From contig JANPJS010000075.1 of the NCBI GenBank assembly GCA_031425655.1, forward strand, positions 1-29,829: a stretch of 29,829 nucleotides of DNA, given 5' to 3'. The notes under the pieces were generated by a model. The model saw nothing but the letters and a program-made list of their open reading frames with translations, did not search any database and had not been told where the DNA came from. Shown here piece after piece: positions 23,608 through 29,829 of the stretch. The stretch is from Abditibacteriaceae bacterium (lineage in GTDB: Bacteria; Armatimonadota; Abditibacteriia; Abditibacteriales; Abditibacteriaceae). Numbering within the stretch: the stretch's first letter is position 1; the number at the start of each line of letters is the position of its first letter. Position numbers and translations under genes: made by a program.

Positions 23608-26090
23608 TTTTTTGCCGTCGAAGACGTTGGCACCTCTGGCTTCACTTTTCGATAGAGAAACGCATCGGAAGTGAGCAGGGACGTCAACAACGCCTTCATG
23701 CTGCCGTTGTTGTCGCGGTAGGCTTGGTAAGCATCTTGTAAAATCGGCGCGTCGTTGATGGTTTCATTGCGTCCCATCCAGAAACGAAAAGCATGGCGCA
23801 CAAAAACCTGATTCACCCGTTCACTGGCCGCAAGTTTCCTGATCATTTCTGCGGGGTCCTTAACCGGCCCATCCAATGCCGGATCGCCGCTGAGAATAAT
23901 TTCGCCAGTGGTATCAACCGGGTGGCCCCAGTTATTTGAGGGGTTCGTATCGAGAAGAATTCCCAACTGATTATATTTTTCAAAGGGCAGGCCGAGCGGA
24001 TCCATTTTCTGATGACAGCGCCAGCATTCTGGCGCACGGGTGACGCGCATCCGTTGGCGCATGGTTGACCGGGGTTCATCCGGCAGCTTGGCATCCACGG
24101 TTATCGGAATATCCGGCACGGCATCACCCAGCAGGCGTTCCCGAATCCAGCGTCCGCGTGAAATGGCGTGGTTGTCCATCGCATCCGAGTGAGCGACCAG
24201 CCAAACGGGATGGGTGAGAATGCCGAGGCGCTCGCGTGTGTCCACGGTGGTTATGGCCTTTAATGCGTTTATGGCAGGCGGGAATCGGCCTTGGTCGAAT
24301 GGGGACTGACGCACATAAATTGGCTGGGCGGGATTCGGAAATATATGATGAAGCATGTTCTGGTCATAAACTTCCCTTTGCGCCCTTTCGATTACTAATT
24401 TATTGTCTTTTGTAGGTGCTATTGCCTCATATTTCTTGAACTCGACAAACCGTTTGCCCCGGTTCATGAAGTAAGCGATGTCGGTTTTAAACAAGATGCC
24501 GTCCCTGAAATTCGCGCCCGACGTGTAGGGTTGATAGATCACGCGGTCAGTGGTCAATATTTCCTGCAAAACGTTTTTATCATCCCGCAAAATCAATTCG
24601 ATCAGGCCATCCGTGTTGGCGACCATGCTGTTCATGGATGCATAAATCGTATCGAAATGGCCCCCGTCGCGTTCGAGGGTTTTTCTATCCTTGCAAATGC
24701 CGGGGGCGCGGTCGTAGTCGAAATATTCCCTGAAGAACTGCAGCACGCGGGGTTTTCGGATGTTTTCGTCACTCAGAATGCGAGCGACTTCCCGCTTGAC
24801 GTCTTCGCGTGTCTTGAGTTTTCCCTCGGATAGTGCCGTCCACAGATGGTCGTTTTTCGGACGGATATAGGAAAAAGCCGCGTTGATGGCCAGCACAAGT
24901 TCCTGTCCTTGCAGCATCACGCGGCCATACTTGTCCGGCTTTCCGTTTTCACAAAGCTCCGGGCGAAAGAGCGCGTCGCGGTCGAGGAAGATCGGTAGCA
25001 GACCCACAAAAACCCCGTCTTCCTTGCCGAGTTCCTTGATGGACTTGCTCGCAATGTCCAGATAAGTGGCGGTTTCTGCCTTGCTGGGTGGGCGCAGCGT
25101 CAGAGATTCAAACAGAAAATTAATGACGGTTTTCAGACGCTCGTCGCTAACGCCCGGCGTATTCATCAGGTCATATACGGGCGTCAGTGGCCGGTAAATT
25201 CCCTTTTTGTAGAAAATGATATTCAGATTTCTATATTGTCCGGGGATTTTGTTGATATCATCGGCAAACTGGTAAGGCTCCGCAGCGGGGCCGTAGGCCA
25301 TGAAACGCAGCACCTTTTCGGCGGTGCCGGCAATCTGCAGAGCCTCGGAGCTGTTCACAGAGTAAAGGAACGGGTAGTTGCGTAGCCCGTGATCTCGGAC
25401 CAGCGACAAGTTGGACTGAAAACCGCCGACGCCAAAGTTATAGGCATCGTTGAAACTTCCCAGATAGCCATCCAAACCGAAATAGACTTTGGTTTCCCCT
25501 TCCAGATTCGAGGGTATCTGATCGCCGTGCGTCCACAATCCTGGGCGCTCCGGATCATATTTCCGTTTAAGGCTAATGAGGTCATTCAGGCGCACCAGTT
25601 GTTCCTGTGGATGAATGCGCCAGATGCGTGCCGGGGTGGATGAGGGTTCAAGGCCTTTGAACGCAGCGCCAAAAAGCAGATCGTGATCGAGATGATTCGC
25701 CTTGCTGGGGCGCAAGTGTTCACTGAACCCGCCCTTGTCCTTCATGGCCCTGGTCATTCCATCGGTGATCCAATTGGATAGTTCCAAGCGCTCCATCAAT
25801 TTCGGCTGGTTTGCCTTTTTCCTCGGCGGCATTTCCTTCAAGGCCACCTGTTCCCAGACGCGTTTCCACATGCTGGCATTATCCGCCGAGACATCAGCCA
25901 GACCCTCCAGGGAAACGTCTCCTTTCTTGGTCTCATCGTCATGGCAATCCATGCAGTATTTTGCAAAAAAAGGCCTGGCCGTTTTCTGAAAATCCGCTGC
26001 TCCCACGTTCGACGCCCCGGCTTGAGCCGCATGAGCCAGCGCCGAAAAGGTCAACAAAGCCACGCAATAAATGAGTCGGGAAATTTGCAT
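23604..26090 (-). CDS. DUF1588/DUF1592/DUF1585-type planctomycete cytochrome c domain protein
   Basis: CMDCH near the N-terminus, RLGILTHPVWL, RGRWIRERLLG, CWRCHQKMDPLGLPFE, terminal LLTSDAFLYR. Confidence 0.9.
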   Translation of the reverse strand: MQISRLIYCVALLTFSALAHAAQAGASNVGAADFQKTARPFFAKYCMDCHDDETKKGDVSLEGLADVSADNASMWKRVWEQVALKEMPPRKKANQPKLMERLELSNWITDGMTRAMKDKGGFSEHLRPSKANHLDHDLLFGAAFKGLEPSSTPARIWRIHPQEQLVRLNDLISLKRKYDPERPGLWTHGDQIPSNLEGETKVYFGLDGYLGSFNDAYNFGVGGFQSNLSLVRDHGLRNYPFLYSVNSSEALQIAGTAEKVLRFMAYGPAAEPYQFADDINKIPGQYRNLNIIFYKKGIYRPLTPVYDLMNTPGVSDERLKTVINFLFESLTLRPPSKAETATYLDIASKSIKELGKEDGVFVGLLPIFLDRDALFRPELCENGKPDKYGRVMLQGQELVLAINAAFSYIRPKNDHLWTALSEGKLKTREDVKREVARILSDENIRKPRVLQFFREYFDYDRAPGICKDRKTLERDGGHFDTIYASMNSMVANTDGLIELILRDDKNVLQEILTTDRVIYQPYTSGANFRDGILFKTDIAYFMNRGKRFVEFKKYEAIAPTKDNKLVIERAQREVYDQNMLHHIFPNPAQPIYVRQSPFDQGRFPPAINALKAITTVDTRERLGILTHPVWLVAHSDAMDNHAISRGRWIRERLLGDAVPDIPITVDAKLPDEPRSTMRQRMRVTRAPECWRCHQKMDPLGLPFEKYNQLGILLDTNPSNNWGHPVDTTGEIILSGDPALDGPVKDPAEMIRKLAASERVNQVFVRHAFRFWMGRNETINDAPILQDAYQAYRDNNGSMKALLTSLLTSDAFLYRKVKPEVPTSSTAKK

Positions 26091-26091
26091 G

Positions 26092-27432
26092 TCAAGCCAA
26101 CAATTCCTCGATGGGGCCGAGCTTGCTGTGATTGATGTTGGCCAGTGTTTTGTCTATGTTGAAGCGGTCAACCGGCGTGCCGACCCCGTGAAGAAAGGTG
26201 GTGTAGAGGTCGTTGATCGGGCGTTCTTTGATGTTGGTGTATTGACCCGTCTTGAAGCGTCCGCCGCCGTTGCCAAGCAGCACAAATGGCCAGGTCGCGC
26301 CTTCGGAATGCTGTTTCTCGGCATTGTTGCTGGAATACACGATCAATGTGTTGTCCATCATGGAACCGGTGCCTTCGGGAGTGGCCTCCAAAGCTTTCAT
26401 GAGCTTGATCAGCATTTCGCAGTTATAGTGGCGGATTTTTGTCCAGATCAGATTGCCGGGTTGGTCAATATGACCCAGCCCATGGCCAGAGTCGCTGATG
26501 CCCAAGCCTTTCCATGAGCCGAAATACTCACCGCATCCGGAGGCAATTGTCAAAACATTGGTCAGGTTTGCTTGCAGCGCCGCGATGCCGATTTCCAACA
26601 GGGCGTCGTGCCAGTCGGTTTCAAATTTCGGATTGCTGTAGCGGTCGTCGAGTTTCGGGGCGAATTTCTTGAGTTGTGCCGAAATCCCGGACAGCTTTTC
26701 ATTCAACCCGTTAATGTCCCGAAAGCCGGTGACATATCTTGCGTAGCGTTCGCCTTCGCTCGGCGGCAGACCTTTGGTTTTAAGCTGGGCCACACGCTCC
26801 ACTTCGAGCATGACATTGGAGCGAGCCTCGTAGTGCTGCTTGACAGCGCCTTCGGCGATGCTGCCAAAGAGCATCTGGTAGAGCATATTGGGGTCGCAAT
26901 GCATGAAAATCGGCTGATTCGGCCCCGAAGCGGACAGCGTGGCGAGGGTCGGACGTGCCCTCATGCTGTCCAGTGATTCCATGCCAATGCACAGCGGCGG
27001 AAGAATCGTCTGCGGAAGCGACCGGCTCAGCACATAGTCAATGGTGGCGGCAGACGGAGGCACACCGGTTCCGCCACGATAGGCACCAAGAGCGCCGAAA
27101 TAGGCGCTGTGCCCCGGATTCGTATGGCGGCCATGCAAACCTGTGATGATGTGCATCCGGTTTTTGTAAGGCTCCAAAGCCTGCATCGGCTTTTCGAGCG
27201 GCAAGCCGTCGAGAGCGCAGCTTTCCCTGTTGAGATCCTTGGGGATACAGGTTAGGGGGTCGAACCCATGGTTTTGCAGAAAGAAAATAACGCGCTTCGG
27301 ACCGCCAGCCGTTTGAACGACAGGTTTGTCTGCGGCCTGAGCCATTTTTGGCAACAAGCTCGTGCCAAGCAGCGCACCGACACCGACAGCCGTTTCACGC
27401 AGCATTTCCCGGCGACTAATTCTTCTTTGCAT
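26092..27432 (-). CDS. DUF1552 (HXXSHH) family protein with Tat-like leader
   Basis: ISRREML, PKRVIFFLQNHG, GLHGRHTNPGH, TIDY, GHGLGH, TPEGTGSMMDNTLIVY, WPFVLLG. GGAGGAG RBS lies before ATG 27432. Confidence 0.9.
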   Translation of the reverse strand: MQRRISRREMLRETAVGVGALLGTSLLPKMAQAADKPVVQTAGGPKRVIFFLQNHGFDPLTCIPKDLNRESCALDGLPLEKPMQALEPYKNRMHIITGLHGRHTNPGHSAYFGALGAYRGGTGVPPSAATIDYVLSRSLPQTILPPLCIGMESLDSMRARPTLATLSASGPNQPIFMHCDPNMLYQMLFGSIAEGAVKQHYEARSNVMLEVERVAQLKTKGLPPSEGERYARYVTGFRDINGLNEKLSGISAQLKKFAPKLDDRYSNPKFETDWHDALLEIGIAALQANLTNVLTIASGCGEYFGSWKGLGISDSGHGLGHIDQPGNLIWTKIRHYNCEMLIKLMKALEATPEGTGSMMDNTLIVYSSNNAEKQHSEGATWPFVLLGNGGGRFKTGQYTNIKERPINDLYTTFLHGVGTPVDRFNIDKTLANINHSKLGPIEELLA

Positions 27433-27495
27433 TTTTTGACTCCTCCAACGTGATTTTTGGATTCGGTGCATTGCATCCAGACAAGCGCGGGCACC

Positions 27496-29829
27496 TCACG
27501 GCTTGACCGCCAGCGGCACTTCGCAAAAGGTCAGCGCGGCGATGCCGTTTTTGCCCAGCAGCAGCGTGTCTTGGTTCCAGTTCGCTTCTTTGAGATAGGT
27601 AATTGTTTTGGCCGCGCTCGGCGTCGCAAGTTTGAGCGTCAGCACGTTGCCTGCCACGCTGCCGGATACGACTTTGCCCGCTTCACCATCCAGATAAAAC
27701 TGCGAAGCTAATTTGTCATCCCACGCCACCGGCTGATCGAATTCCAGCGCGATGCTATCGCGCGCGGCGCTCCATTTGGCGCTGCGCAGGTTCGGCGCGG
27801 TAACCGGCGCAGCGGGTGTTTTGCCGTAAAAATCGCGCTCCATGACCGGCTGAATGAGACGCGCGAATTCGGCCCAGCCGACCAGCGGAAAATGGCAGCC
27901 GCCGGGCGGGCGCACGCCAAGCGTGGACATGATGCTCATGTTGGAATACAAAAACGGCAGCGTGCGCTGTTTTTCGCGCAAGCGGTCGCCGTTGCCTTGG
28001 CTGCCGCCCATCGCGCAGGAGTTGGGCCAAATCTGGAAAACGTAAAGCTTCTGCACGTTCGGAAAATCCTGTTTCCACGCCGCCGACATTTCCAAGAACA
28101 GCTTCTGGTAGCTTTCCCAGCCGTAGCCGCCCGTCGGGCCATCGGAACCTTGATCGTTTTCGCCTTGATGCCACAAAATGCCGCGAATGCCGTGCGTCAA
28201 CTTCGCCCCTTCAACTCGCGTCAATAAACTGCCGTAGAGCTTATATGGATTAGTCCATGGATTATCACCGCTGGTATCACGACGATTACGCGGGTTAGGC
28301 AAGTGCTGATCAATGCGTGTTCCACCCGCTGCGGCATTGATGATGAAAATAGGCACCTTTTGACTATCAACCAAACGCTTGGCCAGCTCCATGCCCCACC
28401 AGCCGAGTTCGGCTTTTTCGCCTTTTTGCGCCTTCCAGACCGGGTTGCACCACAGGTTGCCTTGCCCGTCTTTGTTGGTGCCGTTCGGGCGACCGTAGCT
28501 GCGAATCCATTCGTTGGTGTCGGGCGGCGATTTTTCGCCGGTGTCGGTGGCCAGCGCGTTCGATTGGCCGTCTATGATGAACGCATCGCCGCAGACGATG
28601 TTGCTCGCGCTGTGCAGCACGGTTTCGACAGTGCCGACCACGCTGCCGAACTCGACTTTGTATTTAATCAGGCCCGGTTTGAGCTTCGCCGCGAAGGCGT
28701 AGCTCTTGTCGGCTTTCAATTTCAGGCGTTGCTGCTCCACCAATTTGTCATCGGCGAAAACGCGCAAAAACACCGCGTCGGCGGGCGTTTCGAGCGTGCC
28801 GTTGCAAAATAGCGTGCCCACGTTTTTGTCGTCGCGCGCGTAGAACTGGCCTTCTTGCGGTTTTTCGTTGGCGTCCGGCACGCGCACGGCCCACGCGTCG
28901 CGTTTTGGCTCAGTCACGTTGATAACGGCGCTCTGCGTGGTCGCCGCGCCGCCGTTGCTAATGCGCGCCGTCACGGTCATTTTGCCGCTGTTTAACGCGC
29001 GCAGCAGGCGCAGCTTTGCGGGCGTGGCTTCTTTAATCGTCGCAAATGGTGCCACTTCCCAATCGACTTTAATTTCGCCCGCGCCTTTGGCTTTCATCGC
29101 CGCGAGGTTGGTGATTTGCGGCGTGATTTCGATGGCGCTGCGCCCGTCCCACTTGGCAGGCGCTTTCAGGGCGAACTGCGGTTCGGGAATGCTTTCTTTG
29201 ACGGAAAGCGCGACTTCTTGCGTTTTTACGCCGTCCGCGAAGACCGCTTTCAGTTGTAGCGTGGCGTTTTGGTCGCCGACCACGCGGCCCGGCTCGAAGC
29301 TGTAGCGCAAGCGGTCGGTGGCAACGATTTTTTCGGTGTTGCCACGCTTGAGAATCCAATAAAGCTTCTGCGCGCCGCCCGCTTGCGCCGTAACGGTGGC
29401 GCTCTGGCCTTCGGGCACGGTTAAATTTTTCGCCGATAGGCTAAACGCCGTGCCGCTTTGCACCAGCGGGCCGACGAGCGTTTGCCCCGGCTTTTGGTTT
29501 TCGTATTGCAGCTTTATCCAATCGGCAGAGCGCGCCACACGCGAGAGACGCACTTCGTCCATGTCGCCGACGAAGTTGAAGTTGCCATACCAGCCGCCGA
29601 TATAAAGGCGCGCGGGCGTTTTAATCGCCATCTTTCCGTTTTTGGAACTCGCGCTTCCATCGAGTGCGCCGTTGACATACACCTTAGCCTCGCCCTCTTT
29701 GTAGGTGTGAACCACGTGCAGCCATTCATCGGTTTGCAAGCGGCTTTTGCTTTCCACGTTGCCGGGCGAAAAATAGGCGTCCACCCGAATATGCGGCGGG
29801 CTGGCGAAGCTCATCACCACTTTGCTTTG
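27496..29829 (-). CDS. Large modular protein (LamG/ConA-like domain, Ig-like spacers, SGNH/SASA esterase); 5' end outside the window
   Basis: EWLHVVHTY..VYVNG..LYIGGWY..FVGDMDEVRLS (LamG-like); IDGQSNA, AAAGGTRID, LWHQGEND, GGCHF (SGNH blocks). The frame stays open to the window edge. Confidence 0.85.
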   Translation of the reverse strand, partial: QSKVVMSFASPPHIRVDAYFSPGNVESKSRLQTDEWLHVVHTYKEGEAKVYVNGALDGSASSKNGKMAIKTPARLYIGGWYGNFNFVGDMDEVRLSRVARSADWIKLQYENQKPGQTLVGPLVQSGTAFSLSAKNLTVPEGQSATVTAQAGGAQKLYWILKRGNTEKIVATDRLRYSFEPGRVVGDQNATLQLKAVFADGVKTQEVALSVKESIPEPQFALKAPAKWDGRSAIEITPQITNLAAMKAKGAGEIKVDWEVAPFATIKEATPAKLRLLRALNSGKMTVTARISNGGAATTQSAVINVTEPKRDAWAVRVPDANEKPQEGQFYARDDKNVGTLFCNGTLETPADAVFLRVFADDKLVEQQRLKLKADKSYAFAAKLKPGLIKYKVEFGSVVGTVETVLHSASNIVCGDAFIIDGQSNALATDTGEKSPPDTNEWIRSYGRPNGTNKDGQGNLWCNPVWKAQKGEKAELGWWGMELAKRLVDSQKVPIFIINAAAGGTRIDQHLPNPRNRRDTSGDNPWTNPYKLYGSLLTRVEGAKLTHGIRGILWHQGENDQGSDGPTGGYGWESYQKLFLEMSAAWKQDFPNVQKLYVFQIWPNSCAMGGSQGNGDRLREKQRTLPFLYSNMSIMSTLGVRPPGGCHFPLVGWAEFARLIQPVMERDFYGKTPAAPVTAPNLRSAKWSAARDSIALEFDQPVAWDDKLASQFYLDGEAGKVVSGSVAGNVLTLKLATPSAAKTITYLKEANWNQDTLLLGKNGIAALTFCEVPLAVKP

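Noticed and set aside
27433..27471. Upstream start MHRIQKS for the DUF1552 gene
   Set aside because: A strong GGAGGAG RBS sits just before ATG 27432, which places the RR motif at the N-terminus.
1..29829. Integron cassette array
   Set aside because: Genes are co-oriented but overlap or abut, with no attC-like sites between them and no integrase.

Overview
The window is one unbroken, minus-strand run of about 17 large genes, most with export signals, forming a polysaccharide-degradation island. It encodes two Cys-type sulfatases, a GH168/GHL15-like fucanase candidate, two GH141-like beta-helix proteins (one with PDZ plus a beta-sandwich, one fused to a GH99-like barrel), GH110-like, GH5-like, GH16 and three five-bladed beta-propeller glycosidase domains, two alpha/beta hydrolases, two SGNH/SASA esterases, a Cys-His hypothetical with a CBM, and a DUF1552 + DUF1588 di-haem pair typical of Planctomycetes/Verrucomicrobia. 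No transporter, regulator, integrase or RNA gene is visible. The most notable feature is evidence of repeated module shuffling. Six consecutive, mostly unrelated enzymes share one DNA-homologous signal-peptide module. Two glycosidases appear to carry N-termini borrowed from other families (a DUF1552-type Tat leader and an esterase N-terminus). A 183-bp, about 96% identical repeat brackets a GH99-like domain plus a broken AAA-ATPase. A low-GC patch occupies an esterase loop, and a MITE/REP cluster marks a compositional boundary. Family calls come from recalled motifs, not database searches; counts were done by hand.
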